Part shown: positions 1 to 10,607 of the stretch, one piece after another | Numbering within the stretch: position 1 is the stretch's first letter | How the letters are laid out: each line of letters begins with the position of its first letter | DNA from: a virus | Strand: one strand, 5' to 3' | DNA: 64,000 nucleotides | Virus record (IMG/VR): IMGVR_UViG_3300027782_003601 | Span: 1-64,000 of that record | Program-made: the position numbers and the translations under genes | The notes under the pieces: generated by a model | What the model saw: only the letters and a program-made list of their open reading frames with translations | Told to the model about the DNA's origin: nothing | Databases searched by the model: none

Positions 1-125
1 GAAGATTTATCATTGTTATATTTTATATAATAGGTTCTGTTTTGGGAAAATATTTGGGTATGCAATTTGGTAATCCTCGTAATAAAATTTGGAATAAATT
101 ATTTAAAAAATGAAATAAAATTTAT

Positions 126-1022
126 ATGGATGTTTGGATTTTTTCACGAAATAGTGAAATAGATTATGAAAATAAAAGATTAATAGAAACTTTTACTAAA
201 AAAAATATTACTTCTAAAGTAGTTGAACCAAGTTATTTTGATATTATCGTAAATACAAATATTAAAAACAGTATTTTATATAATGGACAATTGGTTGAAT
301 TACCTAAAATTGTATTAGTTAGAACAGGTGCCGAAACAAGTAATTTCATGTTGGCTGTATTAAGACAATTAGATAAAGCAGGAGTAATATGTATAAATGA
401 AGCAGATTCCATAGAAACGGCTTCTGATAAGTTGAAAACTTCTCAAATATTATCACAACATAATATATCAATACCTAATACGATGATGGTAAAGCATCCT
501 ATTGATTCAACAATTGTAAAAAATAGAATAGGATTCCCATGTGTTGTTAAAGTAATTACAGGTACTCAAGGAATAGGGGTTTATTTATGTGAAAAACGTA
601 GAGATTTTAATAAACTTATGGAGTTTATTCATAATGTAGGAATATCTAAAACATTATTAGTTCAAGAATATATAGGATTAAATCCAGGAGAAGATGTTAG
701 AGTTTTAGTAATAGGAGGTAAAGTAATTGGTGCTATGAAAAGAACTGCACCTAAAGGAGATTTCAGAGCAAACATTTCAAATGGAGGAACTGGTGAAAAA
801 TTTGATGTAACACCTGAAATTGATTTTATAGCAAGAGAAACGGCGAGAGTACTAAATTTACATATAGCGGGAATTGATTTATTATTTCATAATGATGGAT
901 TTGTAGTATGTGAAGCAAATACTGCACCCGGATTTAAAGGTTTTGAAAAATATTGTGATGTTGATATTGCCGAATTAATAGTAGAATATATTGATTATAA
1001 ATTATTCAAAAAAAATGTATAA
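126..1022 (+). CDS. rimK: RimK-family ATP-grasp ligase
   Basis: DKLKT, FPCVVK-GTQGIGV, VQEYI, DVRVLVIGG, FRANISNGG, GIDLL, EANTAPGF motifs. Confidence 0.9.
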   Translation: MDVWIFSRNSEIDYENKRLIETFTKKNITSKVVEPSYFDIIVNTNIKNSILYNGQLVELPKIVLVRTGAETSNFMLAVLRQLDKAGVICINEADSIETASDKLKTSQILSQHNISIPNTMMVKHPIDSTIVKNRIGFPCVVKVITGTQGIGVYLCEKRRDFNKLMEFIHNVGISKTLLVQEYIGLNPGEDVRVLVIGGKVIGAMKRTAPKGDFRANISNGGTGEKFDVTPEIDFIARETARVLNLHIAGIDLLFHNDGFVVCEANTAPGFKGFEKYCDVDIAELIVEYIDYKLFKKNV

Positions 1023-1725
1023 ATACATAATAGTATCTGATTTACATTTGGGAACAAAGCACAGTAAAGCAAAAGAGTTCTTAAAATTCATTGAAGAAAA
1101 TCCATGTGATGAACTCATCTTAAACGGAGATATAGTAGATGGTTGGGCATTGCAAAGAGGAACAAAGTGGAGACCATCTCATACAAAAGTAATTGCTAAA
1201 CTAATAAAACTATCTACAAAACAAAAGGTAGTTTGGATAAGAGGTAATCACGATGATTTTTTAAAAGATTTTACTGGTATTAATTTGGGTAATATAAAAA
1301 TTAAAGAAGATTATATTATTACTGCAGATAAAAGATACTTTGTATTTCATGGGGATATTATAGATATATTCATTACAAAATACAAATGGTTATCACAAAT
1401 AGGGGCAGTTGGATATGATTTAGCTTTATTACTAAATGATTTATATAATCGTTATCGTAAATGGAGAAACCTACCTTATTATTCAATATCACAAAGAATA
1501 AAAGAAGGTGTTAAGATAGCAACAAACTATGTAAATGATTTTGAAACAACGGCAATCCGAATGGCAAGTGAAAAGATGTGTGATGGTGTTATTTGTGGAC
1601 ACATACACCAACCTGCTGATAGAATGATAGGAGATAAACGATATTTAAATTCAGGTGATTGGGTTGAAAATATGACTGCAATTTGTATAAATGATAATAA
1701 TAAAATAACAATAGAAAAAGTATAA
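1015..1725 (+). CDS. LpxH/YbbF-like metallophosphoesterase
   Basis: SDLHLG, GDIVD, GNHD, HGD, GHIH, NSGDWVE; start taken at ATG 1015. Confidence 0.85.
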   Translation: MYKYIIVSDLHLGTKHSKAKEFLKFIEENPCDELILNGDIVDGWALQRGTKWRPSHTKVIAKLIKLSTKQKVVWIRGNHDDFLKDFTGINLGNIKIKEDYIITADKRYFVFHGDIIDIFITKYKWLSQIGAVGYDLALLLNDLYNRYRKWRNLPYYSISQRIKEGVKIATNYVNDFETTAIRMASEKMCDGVICGHIHQPADRMIGDKRYLNSGDWVENMTAICINDNNKITIEKV

Positions 1726-1751
1726 TACACATATCTATATATAAAAATAAA

Positions 1752-2792
1752 ATGTTGTCCTCAAAAATATTATTTATTTTAAAAAGAAAACAAGAATACA
1801 ATACTACAAATGATTATAGTATTGGATTAAGTACCGGACTGTACAATTCAGCTCAATTTATGAATCAAATGCTATTAGATGGTGGGTTTGATTCTCAAAT
1901 GGTAGTTGTAAATGATAATAACGATATAGATAGAGAAGTAACTCTACACAAACCAACCCACGTTATTATTGAAGCCCTTTGGGTTGTTCCATCTAAATTT
2001 GAAGTTCTTTCCAAATTACACCCAAATGTTAAATGGGTAATTCGTTTACATAGCGAAATACCATTTTTAGCAAATGAAGGAATGGCAATGAATTGGATTG
2101 GGGAATATGGCAAATTTAATAATATTATTATTTCTTGCAATTCACCACAAACTACTAAAGATATTCAGTTTTATCTTACTAGCAAATTAGGTATTAATAA
2201 AAAAGTACAATTCTTACCAAATTTTTATCCACAAAACTATAAAAAGAAATCATTTAATAAAAAAACCGATGTTATAAATATTGGATGTTTTGGTGCAGTT
2301 AGACCTCTTAAAAACCACCTCATACAAGCAATTGCATCAATTAAGTTTGCCGATAAAATTGGTAAAAAATTACACTTTCATATTAATTCGGATAGGATTG
2401 AACAAAAGGGAGAACCAATACTTAATAATCTAATAGCTACATTTGAACAATTAAATCATAAAGGACATAAATTAGTTCATCATGAATGGAGTGTTAGAGA
2501 ACAATTTATTCAATTATGTTCTACTATGGATATTGGTATTCAGGTATCTTTCAATGAAACTTTTAATATTGTAGGAGCTGATATAATTTCACAAGGAGTT
2601 CCTTTAGTGGCATCACCTGAAATCCCTTGGGCTAATTCATTATTTACTGCAAAACAAACAAATACGGATGAAATTGTAGATTCATTAAATTGTACTTATT
2701 CACATCCAACAATAAATGTATTATTAAATCAAAGAGGTCTTAAACAATATACAAATAAAACTAAAGAAATTTGGTTTGGGTTTTTCAAATAA
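1752..2792 (+). CDS. Putative GT-B glycosyltransferase
   Basis: IGCFGAVRPLKN and SFNETFNIV-DIISQGVPLV resemble the GT4 C-terminal domain. Confidence 0.65.
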   Translation: MLSSKILFILKRKQEYNTTNDYSIGLSTGLYNSAQFMNQMLLDGGFDSQMVVVNDNNDIDREVTLHKPTHVIIEALWVVPSKFEVLSKLHPNVKWVIRLHSEIPFLANEGMAMNWIGEYGKFNNIIISCNSPQTTKDIQFYLTSKLGINKKVQFLPNFYPQNYKKKSFNKKTDVINIGCFGAVRPLKNHLIQAIASIKFADKIGKKLHFHINSDRIEQKGEPILNNLIATFEQLNHKGHKLVHHEWSVREQFIQLCSTMDIGIQVSFNETFNIVGADIISQGVPLVASPEIPWANSLFTAKQTNTDEIVDSLNCTYSHPTINVLLNQRGLKQYTNKTKEIWFGFFK

Positions 2793-2821
2793 TATTTATA
2801 TGGGTAATAAAATCCAAATAA

Positions 2822-4249
2822 TTGAAAAATTTAAAAATACTATTAAGTATATTATTCATATTCTGTCTAACTTCCAAAGTTAACGGACAAACGTACACAC
2901 AAACTTTTATAGATAAATGTAGTGGTGAGGTAAAAGTTGCCACTACTACTTACGTCAATGGAAACGCAGTTGTTTCATTCTATAATCAAATTAAAGTATT
3001 TACTCCTGCCGAAGTTCAAAGTGGAGCATTGCAAATGTGGTTACAAGCTACATATACTGCTTACTCTACAATGGGATGTCCTACCAATGTAGTAGTTCAA
3101 CAGACAGTACAACAAACGGTAAATCAAGCAGTACAACAAGCAGCACAATCTGCGGCAACCCAAGCAGCGAGTGCTGCTGCATCACAAGCGGCAAGTTCTG
3201 CGGCAAGTGCAGCAGCCTCATCTGCGGCAAGCGGTGCGGCATCATCTGCGGCAAGCGGTGCGGCATCATCTGCGGCAGTTCCACCTCCACCACCTGCAGC
3301 TTCAACACCACCACCTGCGCAAAGTGGGGGTAGTTCATCATCTTCATCTAGTAGTAGTTCTTCATCATCTTCGTCACAAAGTGAGGGTAATTCTTCTTCA
3401 AACTCGTCAAAGAGTGAGGGTAGTTCATCTTCAAAATCGGAAACAAAGAGTGAATCTAAATCAGAATCAAAATCTGAAAGTAAGAGTGAGGAAAAAAAAG
3501 AAGAATCCAAATCGGAATCTAAAAAAGAAGAAAAGAAGGAAGAATCTAAGGAAGAGAAAAAAGAAGAAAAGAAAGAGGAGAAAAAGGAAGAAAAGAAAAA
3601 GGTACAAAATTTAAACCCATTACTATTGGCATCGGATTTAACAACATCTCAAGGTGCTGATGGTGAATGGTCTGTAATTCTTTCAAATGGAGTATCTCGC
3701 TCATCTATGGCAGGTGATGAGACGTATTCATTAAGCTCTATGATTTGGAGTAATTTAAAACAATTTGCCCTAAGTGGTGGTTATACTAAAATGAACTTTG
3801 CAGATGGAGCACTAAAATCCATAAACTCATATTCATTAACGGGTGCTTATTTAGCAGGAAACTATATGGGATTGGTTGGTGCAACTGTAATAATACCACA
3901 TCCAAAATTTGGAACATATGGATATAATGTTGGTATTGTAAATCTATTTATTGGAAGTGAGTATAGTATGAGTACTTCGGGTGTTATATTTTGGACTAAA
4001 CCATATCAGGTAAGTAAAAAATTAACATTATCACCACAAATATTTACAATGAGCCCAAGCGGCAGTTGGAATACTTCAACAGGACAATTTAGTATGAGTA
4101 AAGATATTGGATTTTTAGTGGGTAGTTCTTTTGATTATAAAATCAGTAAAAGATTTGGGTTGAGTATCAATTATAAAATCAATACATCAACCGCATCTGC
4201 TGCACCTATGTTAAGTAACTTCTTAATTGGTTCAAGATTAATGCTTTAA
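2822..4249 (+). CDS. Exported protein with Ala/Ser/Pro and Lys/Glu low-complexity linker and beta-rich C-terminus
   Basis: Signal peptide; SAA, S, ESK and EEKK repeats; alternating hydrophobic strands. Confidence 0.75.
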   Translation: MKNLKILLSILFIFCLTSKVNGQTYTQTFIDKCSGEVKVATTTYVNGNAVVSFYNQIKVFTPAEVQSGALQMWLQATYTAYSTMGCPTNVVVQQTVQQTVNQAVQQAAQSAATQAASAAASQAASSAASAAASSAASGAASSAASGAASSAAVPPPPPAASTPPPAQSGGSSSSSSSSSSSSSSSQSEGNSSSNSSKSEGSSSSKSETKSESKSESKSESKSEEKKEESKSESKKEEKKEESKEEKKEEKKEEKKEEKKKVQNLNPLLLASDLTTSQGADGEWSVILSNGVSRSSMAGDETYSLSSMIWSNLKQFALSGGYTKMNFADGALKSINSYSLTGAYLAGNYMGLVGATVIIPHPKFGTYGYNVGIVNLFIGSEYSMSTSGVIFWTKPYQVSKKLTLSPQIFTMSPSGSWNTSTGQFSMSKDIGFLVGSSFDYKISKRFGLSINYKINTSTASAAPMLSNFLIGSRLML

Positions 4250-4380
4250 TCCAATTTCAAAGGTTCTTTGTGTTCTCTTTGTTTTCTAAATCCGTAATCT
4301 TTGGTAGTTTTGGAGATGGTAGCTCCCAATGAGCTACACACCACCAAAATTGCTATAAATAAATTCAACATAATTTCTAA

Positions 4381-4695
4381 TTAAAGGGTAACTAATTCTC
4401 TTTTAATTTCTGTAACTATTTTGAATGATTTTGTAGAAACTATTTCTTTTTTTTCATTCTTAATTTCAATACGATAAACACCATCTAATGAACTATCAAA
4501 TGAAAATATTTTTTTAGATGCAAAATATTCTGTATGAATCAATTCCCCATCACCATTGTAGATGTTTGCCATCAATTTTTCGTTTGGAGATTCTACTAAA
4601 AACTTAAATTTTCCAATTGAATGGATTGAAACAGGCGATGTAGCATTTGCATTCAAAGCCGCTACTAACAAAATTGATGTAATAAGTGTTTTCAT
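4381..4695 (-). CDS. Secreted hypothetical protein (one of very few minus-strand genes)
   Basis: Signal peptide ending ANA; beta-sandwich-like DGVYRIEI. Confidence 0.7.
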   Translation of the reverse strand: MKTLITSILLVAALNANATSPVSIHSIGKFKFLVESPNEKLMANIYNGDGELIHTEYFASKKIFSFDSSLDGVYRIEIKNEKKEIVSTKSFKIVTEIKRELVTL

Positions 4696-4878
4696 AAAAT
4701 TGTGTTTTTTTGTTTAATATATAACTATTTGTATATAGATATTAGAAAAATACCAAAAAAAACTAAAAAATAGGATTTTCCTAATAAGTTGATGAAAGTT
4801 CTTTAAATTATACAATTATGAAATTGTTAAGAACTTTTTAAATGCTATTATATATTTATAGGAAACAAAAACATAAAT

Positions 4879-5505
4879 ATGAAACAATTTTTACTATTAA
4901 TTTTACTATTTTCCACAACATTATTATTTGGACAAGATGTTGTAATTTTAAAACACCAAAACTACACAACCCATTTCAGTAAATCAAAAAAGTATCCTGT
5001 AATGGTTCAATGGGAAACTACTCATGCGATGGTAGGGTGTCCAACTCCACTAAAAAGAAAAGATAATTTCAAACCAGACCCACAATTACCAACGGAAACT
5101 AACATAGGTGCAGACTATGTAAAGAGTGGATACGATAGAGGACACGTAATGCCAGCAGCTGATAATCTTTGCCAAACACCACAAATACAAGATGAGTGTT
5201 TTTATTTCTCTAATATGATTCCACAAACACATAGATTAAATGCGGGAGATTGGAAATCATTGGAAACTGCAACTCGTAATTGGGCATTAATTAGTTCAAA
5301 GGTAAGAATATGGAGTGGGGCAATTGGAGAACAAAAGAAAATAGGTTCAATATCAGTTCCTACACAATGTTGGAAAGTTGTAAATATAGCAGGTAAATGG
5401 ACTGCATACTTATTCAACAACGATTTATCTAATCCTGATGGTTTTGCAAATAACGAAGTACCATTAGCACAAATAGAAAAATTAACAGGTTTCACATTTA
5501 AATAA
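4879..5505 (+). CDS. DNA/RNA non-specific endonuclease, exported
   Basis: GYDRGH active site, SNMIPQ..LN.G.W..LE; signal peptide. Confidence 0.9.
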   Translation: MKQFLLLILLFSTTLLFGQDVVILKHQNYTTHFSKSKKYPVMVQWETTHAMVGCPTPLKRKDNFKPDPQLPTETNIGADYVKSGYDRGHVMPAADNLCQTPQIQDECFYFSNMIPQTHRLNAGDWKSLETATRNWALISSKVRIWSGAIGEQKKIGSISVPTQCWKVVNIAGKWTAYLFNNDLSNPDGFANNEVPLAQIEKLTGFTFK

Positions 5506-5508
5506 CAT

Positions 5509-6027
5509 ATGCGTAAAGAACTAAAAGTAGAATGGGATACCGAACTTCGTTTAATGAATGAATTAAGTAATACCTTATTATCTAATGATTTAAATGCATC
5601 AAATACAATAATAGTAACAGTATCAACTGATTATTCATCCGTAATAGGTCAATACCTTCGTCACCAATTAACCAATAAGGGTGAGATATGTGAAGGATTT
5701 GGTATAGATGTACCATATCCAGATGAATCCTTTAATGAGAAATTTGTAAAAGAAGTTTGTGATATGTTTAAAATGCATTGGGATAGTATAGGAGATAAAA
5801 CAATCCTATTGGTAGAAGCAGGTGTAATACGTGGGGGTAATTATACAAAGGTGGTAGATATAATAAAAAATGAATTAAGTATAACTCAAACTGTACTAAC
5901 ATTAACTATGTATGAGAATATACATAGTAAGTGGAAATCTAATTTTGTAGGGGAATACTATGATGATGAAACCGAAGACCTTACTTTTTGGTGGGAAAAA
6001 TATAACAATCATTGGAAAAATAATTAA
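5509..6027 (+). CDS. Phosphoribosyltransferase-fold protein
   Basis: ILLVEAGVIRGGN resembles a degenerate PRPP-binding loop. Confidence 0.5.
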   Translation: MRKELKVEWDTELRLMNELSNTLLSNDLNASNTIIVTVSTDYSSVIGQYLRHQLTNKGEICEGFGIDVPYPDESFNEKFVKEVCDMFKMHWDSIGDKTILLVEAGVIRGGNYTKVVDIIKNELSITQTVLTLTMYENIHSKWKSNFVGEYYDDETEDLTFWWEKYNNHWKNN

Positions 6028-6044
6028 AAAATAATTCAACTTTT

Positions 6045-6078
6045 GCTTGACTTTTAATCCAGAATTTTGTATCTTTAC
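6045..6078 (+). promoter_or_regulatory. Early promoter, Bacteroidota sigma70-type (one of >20 copies)
   Basis: GCTTGAC-N~17-TTTTGTATCTTTA; related copies near 6543, 12994, 13109, 13249, 13403, 16697, 19494, 23965, 24270, 26900, 30042, 31584, 46138, 46325, 47139, 47537, 48011, 48602, 50144, 54913. Confidence 0.8.
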
Positions 6079-6099
6079 TATGTAATAAATGATAGAGAT

Positions 6100-6528
6100 A
6101 TGGAAAATTTAATTGGTCAAATGGTAAACGTATGTGTTTCCAAAGGTGGTAAAACTGCCACAAAACTCCTTAAAGTTTGTAAGGTAAAAGCTCGTTCAGT
6201 TCTATTCATTGAGGTAGATAAAGAAAATCGTAAGAATACATTCCGTAAAGTTAAAATCAAAGATATTACATCACAAGGTGTTGCAAATGATATACCATAT
6301 ATGTATATTAAAGATGGTGTGTTGCCTGATAAGTGGGAATCATCGTGGGATGCAATTGGTAATTTCTCCCCATCGGTTCAACAAAATTACGGAAGATATT
6401 ATAGTAATCGTTCAAAAGGTTGGGCACCAGTAATTAGAGCACCCAAAGGAGCATCAATGGATGCGTTAGCAGTTTCGGTATCAACTCGTTCAACTACCAA
6501 TTCCGCTGCAGGTTTTCCAATGGTGTAA
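6100..6528 (+). CDS. Hypothetical protein
   Basis: ORF after promoter; ATG 6100. Confidence 0.7.
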   Translation: MENLIGQMVNVCVSKGGKTATKLLKVCKVKARSVLFIEVDKENRKNTFRKVKIKDITSQGVANDIPYMYIKDGVLPDKWESSWDAIGNFSPSVQQNYGRYYSNRSKGWAPVIRAPKGASMDALAVSVSTRSTTNSAAGFPMV

Positions 6529-6635
6529 AAATAAATCACAAAAGACTTGACTTTCTCATTAGAATTTAGTACCTTTATTATATGTGAGAGTGAGAGTTAA
6601 AAAATTAAAATTTAAAATCTAAAACAAATAAAATT

Positions 6636-6902
6636 ATGAACTATTCAGAATTATCAAAATTATCAGTAGAAGAATTAAGAAACATCAATCAGATTGTTGT
6701 TGAGTTAATCAAACAAAAACGTACTGTAGAATCCCTACAAAATAAAGCGGGATTAAAAGTGGGCATGAAGGTTAAAGTTAATCACCCCAAATTGCAAGGT
6801 AGAGAATTGGAGGTTGTTAAAATCAACCGAACTAAAGCCAATCTGCGAGTGATTGGTGGGTTTGCTTCTTACAACGTACCAGTTTCTTTAATTCAATATT
6901 AA
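6636..6902 (+). CDS. Hypothetical protein, SH3/KOW-like C-terminus
   Basis: LKVGMKVKV...VVKINRTKA. Confidence 0.7.
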   Translation: MNYSELSKLSVEELRNINQIVVELIKQKRTVESLQNKAGLKVGMKVKVNHPKLQGRELEVVKINRTKANLRVIGGFASYNVPVSLIQY

Positions 6903-6921
6903 TCCTTAAAATCTAAAAGAT

Positions 6922-7242
6922 ATGAAAGATTATAACAACCCTATTGTTGATAAGTTTATTGAGAAAGTAAATTCTGAAATCAAAGAGTATTACACAACTC
7001 ATTTATCAAATCTAACACCCAAACCGATGGAGATGCGTGTTGGTACTAAATTTATCAAATTAATCAGCAACGGAAGTGTGTGGGGATTTATCTCCCGATT
7101 TGATGGTGATTACAAAGGAGTTCCAATTAAGAAAGGTGATTTAATGAAAGCAGCTTCTCGTGATTCTCCTGCTAAACATAGTAGAGGAAACATCATTGAT
7201 GGAACTGCTAGATATGGTGTGTATGGTGTAACTTATTTGTAA
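6922..7242 (+). CDS. Hypothetical phage protein
   Basis: KGDLMKAAS..PAKHSRGNI motif familiar from large phages. Confidence 0.75.
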   Translation: MKDYNNPIVDKFIEKVNSEIKEYYTTHLSNLTPKPMEMRVGTKFIKLISNGSVWGFISRFDGDYKGVPIKKGDLMKAASRDSPAKHSRGNIIDGTARYGVYGVTYL

Positions 7243-7346
7243 AATAATTTAAAAATAATTGAGAAAAGGCTTGTATAATTCAAGCCTTTTTTGTATCTTT
7301 ACTAAGTAGTGAGAGTGGTAATAATTAAAAGATAAAATTTAAAAGT

Positions 7347-7727
7347 ATGAACAGAGAACAAAATTACAAAACGATTTTTAGTGATATAGACGGGACTTTG
7401 ATTGAGCAAGTTCGTTTTGAAGATTTAAACCCGAACATAGTAAATGTGTTGCCAGGTGTTTTAGAGAAATTCAATGAGTGGTATGAAGAAGGACATTACA
7501 TTGTTTTAACAACTGCCAGACCAGAACATTTGAGAGAGGTTACTATTCATCAAATGGGTGTAGCAGGTATTCGTTACCATCAGTTAGTAATGGGTATCGG
7601 TAGAGAGGAACGAATTCTAATCAACAACAATTCAAAAGGAGAACCAAACGCACCAAGAGCTATGGCAGTTGCCGTTGGTAGAGATGCCGGTTTCAACAAT
7701 TCTGATTGGAATAGTGTTGGATTATAA
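7347..7727 (+). CDS. HAD-superfamily phosphatase (capless)
   Basis: DIDGT motif I, LTTAR motif II. Confidence 0.8.
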   Translation: MNREQNYKTIFSDIDGTLIEQVRFEDLNPNIVNVLPGVLEKFNEWYEEGHYIVLTTARPEHLREVTIHQMGVAGIRYHQLVMGIGREERILINNNSKGEPNAPRAMAVAVGRDAGFNNSDWNSVGL

Positions 7728-7759
7728 TTTTTATTTATATTTATAAGAAACATTTTGAT

Positions 7760-8050
7760 ATGATAAAATTAAAGTCTTTATTAAACGAAAAGTACGATTT
7801 GGAAACTTATCACAAATCTTATACATCAGCAATTAATGCGGCAAAAGAATACGCAGAAAAGAAAGGGTATGAGATTAACGATGATGATTCATTCACAAAG
7901 ATTGGAATGGGACCTCGTAAACCATCGGAAGGAAAAACTAATAGATTTAGTATTGAATTATCCAAAGATGGAAAACCTTCTAGAAAACTACTTCATATTC
8001 AGGTATACGGAATGAGAGATACTTATGAATTAAACGCATACATACAATAA
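7760..8050 (+). CDS. MIKLK-motif protein (putative internal head protein)
   Basis: N-term MIKLKSLLNE. Confidence 0.75.
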   Translation: MIKLKSLLNEKYDLETYHKSYTSAINAAKEYAEKKGYEINDDDSFTKIGMGPRKPSEGKTNRFSIELSKDGKPSRKLLHIQVYGMRDTYELNAYIQ

Positions 8051-8664
8051 TGATGAAACTAAAAGACCTATTAAAAGAGAATTGGGATGTTAAGGATGGT
8101 AAGGTATTATCAAACGGCAAACTTGTAGGATATTACGAATTTGATAGAGATTCCGATTCATTTTGGGTTGATGATGTGCAGAAAGGAAAAGGTCAATTAT
8201 CATTTGATAGTAAGAGAGAAGTTGAAGATTACTTTAAGAAAAACGAAAAGGATGCTATTAAACATTTAGGAAAATTAAGAGAATCCCTTTCAGAAGAAAC
8301 TGCATCTGAAATCATAAAAGATTTGGATAAAGTAAGAAATGATTTGATTAAAAAAGTTGATGTTCTAATTGCTAAAAAGAAAAAACTTTACTCAAATGTT
8401 GATATAACAACACCAATGAGTGCAGATGAAAAACAATTAGATAAAGATATCCAATCTATATTTTCACAAATTCAACAAATAATTCAACAAAAAAGAAAAA
8501 TTAAGAATGAATCAATAAACGAAGCAACAATGCACCCTATGACAAGAGAAATAGCATTGGATAATCTTAGAGAGGTAATCTTAAATATCAAACCATATAG
8601 TAGAGAAGTAGTTAAACATTGTGAAGCTGCTATTAAAATCATAGAAAAGTTCGAAGCAAAATGA
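8050..8664 (+). CDS. MIKLK-motif protein
   Basis: N-term MMKLKDLLKE; internal LRE/LSE/INE sites. Confidence 0.75.
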   Translation: MMKLKDLLKENWDVKDGKVLSNGKLVGYYEFDRDSDSFWVDDVQKGKGQLSFDSKREVEDYFKKNEKDAIKHLGKLRESLSEETASEIIKDLDKVRNDLIKKVDVLIAKKKKLYSNVDITTPMSADEKQLDKDIQSIFSQIQQIIQQKRKIKNESINEATMHPMTREIALDNLREVILNIKPYSREVVKHCEAAIKIIEKFEAK

Positions 8665-9140
8665 TAACATTAAAATCCTTATTAAAAGAATCAGTAGATT
8701 TAGATAAAGCAAAAGAAATCTACAACAATGGTATAGACCTTTATGCAAAAATAGAAGGGTTGCAGAAAGAAATAGACACTGCCAAAGAAGAGTATGAAAA
8801 TTTGCGTAAAGGTTTATTAAATGCCGAATATACCAATTTGATTGATAAAGCAAAAAAACTATATCCAAACGCAAAGGGTGTTAAAAAAGTTGGAGATGGG
8901 GTATTAGTTCAATTACCAAAGGGTGAGTTTATAGAAAAACCATATGATGAAGCAACTAAACTTTCATCCGAAATTGGAACACCATCATCTGTAAAAGTTG
9001 CGGGTAAATATGACATGAATAAACCTGGTTCATATTCTGCTACTGTATTTAATGGATTTTATGCAGAGCTTAGTGCTCCATATATTAAATCAGTAACAAA
9101 CTTACCAAGATGGAATAGTGATTCTAAAAAATTAAAATAA
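8661..9140 (+). CDS. MIKLK-motif protein
   Basis: N-term MITLKSLLKE. Confidence 0.75.
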   Translation: MITLKSLLKESVDLDKAKEIYNNGIDLYAKIEGLQKEIDTAKEEYENLRKGLLNAEYTNLIDKAKKLYPNAKGVKKVGDGVLVQLPKGEFIEKPYDEATKLSSEIGTPSSVKVAGKYDMNKPGSYSATVFNGFYAELSAPYIKSVTNLPRWNSDSKKLK

Positions 9141-9415
9141 TGATAAAGTTAAAATCCCTATTGAAAGAAGGAAAAATTTCTATTTCGGAATTAAATCCAA
9201 ATGACCAAAAACAAATTAAACAATTAGAAAGTATAATTGGGGGAAAGCTAGATACTATTTATGTAGGTGGGAGTGAGCGTTTTGTTGCAAGTATAAAAAT
9301 ATCACCAGGATATAGTGCATACGAATTTACACTAGATATTATGAGAAAATTATTAAAATTTCCTATCACTCATGTTACAGGTGGTCATGATATTGTAAAT
9401 GTTTATTTTAAATAA
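9140..9415 (+). CDS. MIKLK-motif protein
   Basis: N-term MIKLKSLLKE. Confidence 0.75.
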   Translation: MIKLKSLLKEGKISISELNPNDQKQIKQLESIIGGKLDTIYVGGSERFVASIKISPGYSAYEFTLDIMRKLLKFPITHVTGGHDIVNVYFK

Positions 9416-9421
9416 GAAAAA

Positions 9422-9730
9422 ATGATAAAGTTAAAATCACTATTGAAAGAAACAGATGCAAAGTTTGATTTTGCACAAGCAAGTGGTGTTGAGTTTTATG
9501 CTTCATCTCCAAAAAACAATATAGTATTATTACCAAAATCAAGAAAAGAAATTGAAAAGATTGATACTATAAAAGAAAAATTAGGTGATGGTGCAGATGA
9601 TGATTTTTTATCATTACTTAAAATCCGTATAGAAAAGAAATTAGGAATATCAGTAATACCAAATAAAAGATACGAAGGAGCAGGTTACGCATTTGATATT
9701 GATATTGATGAATTAATAAAGAAGTTGTAA
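9422..9730 (+). CDS. MIKLK-motif protein
   Basis: N-term MIKLKSLLKE. Confidence 0.75.
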   Translation: MIKLKSLLKETDAKFDFAQASGVEFYASSPKNNIVLLPKSRKEIEKIDTIKEKLGDGADDDFLSLLKIRIEKKLGISVIPNKRYEGAGYAFDIDIDELIKKL

Positions 9731-10282
9731 ATGATTAAACTGAGTGATTTATTACCTGAATTGGAAATACCATCCGGAAAATGGGTGGATATGGACACGT
9801 CTCAAATAGACAAAGAAGGTATGAAACACATTTGGAAAATCTATTCAGATGCATATTCTGCACAAAGTTTGGATTTTTCAGCATCAGGAGCATCGGAATT
9901 ACAATCTAAATACAAAGCTATAAAACTGATAGATGTAGATGAGGATAAAATACCAGATGCATTTATCATATACAAACCAACAAAGTTTGGAAACAAAATG
10001 GCATTACTTGCAGCAGATGTTGATAAGAGAGATGCAAAGAGAGCCGTAGTTAAAAAAGCAATTGAGTTGGTAAAGACAAGTGGGTGGTTTGTAGAAGCAT
10101 CTGCTAAGATGGAAGATATAATGCAATCATCGGGAGCACCTGTTGTAACAGATGAAAAAAAGATAATGGATATATTGGGTAACGAGAAAGCACCGGAGTT
10201 CACAGGTGATGGATATTACACTCGTACGTTAACAAAAGTAAATAAAAGAATAACTAAAAGAATATACGGAAGACCGAAATGA
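9731..10282 (+). CDS. MIKLK-motif protein, possibly GNAT-like fold
   Basis: N-term MIKLSDLLPE. Confidence 0.7.
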   Translation: MIKLSDLLPELEIPSGKWVDMDTSQIDKEGMKHIWKIYSDAYSAQSLDFSASGASELQSKYKAIKLIDVDEDKIPDAFIIYKPTKFGNKMALLAADVDKRDAKRAVVKKAIELVKTSGWFVEASAKMEDIMQSSGAPVVTDEKKIMDILGNEKAPEFTGDGYYTRTLTKVNKRITKRIYGRPK

Positions 10283-10602
10283 TTAAATTGGTAAATATAT
10301 TAAACGAAATTACAAAGCTAAAAGAGTGGCAAGGTAGTTTAATGGATTTACGAAATGATACTAAATTACCATCTGAATTAAATAAAGTTGGTAAAGATAT
10401 TATAAGTAAAAACCCAAATACAAAGACAGCTGATTGTTGGGTTAGTGATATAAATTATAATGATGCTGGTTCAATACGTTCTGTTTCAGGTTCTATAACT
10501 ATTAAATGGAAAGTATATCGTAGAAAGAATTATTCATTAGAATTTACTTATATTTTTGATAACGGAAATATAAAAACGGCAAATACACAAAAAATATATT
10601 AG
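10279..10602 (+). CDS. MIKLK-motif protein
   Basis: N-term MIKLVNILNE. Confidence 0.7.
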   Translation: MIKLVNILNEITKLKEWQGSLMDLRNDTKLPSELNKVGKDIISKNPNTKTADCWVSDINYNDAGSIRSVSGSITIKWKVYRRKNYSLEFTYIFDNGNIKTANTQKIY

Positions 10603-10607
10603 ATACA

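Noticed and set aside
3037-3614. Alternative-frame ORFs within 2822-4249
   Set aside because: They are shadows of low-complexity codon repeats.
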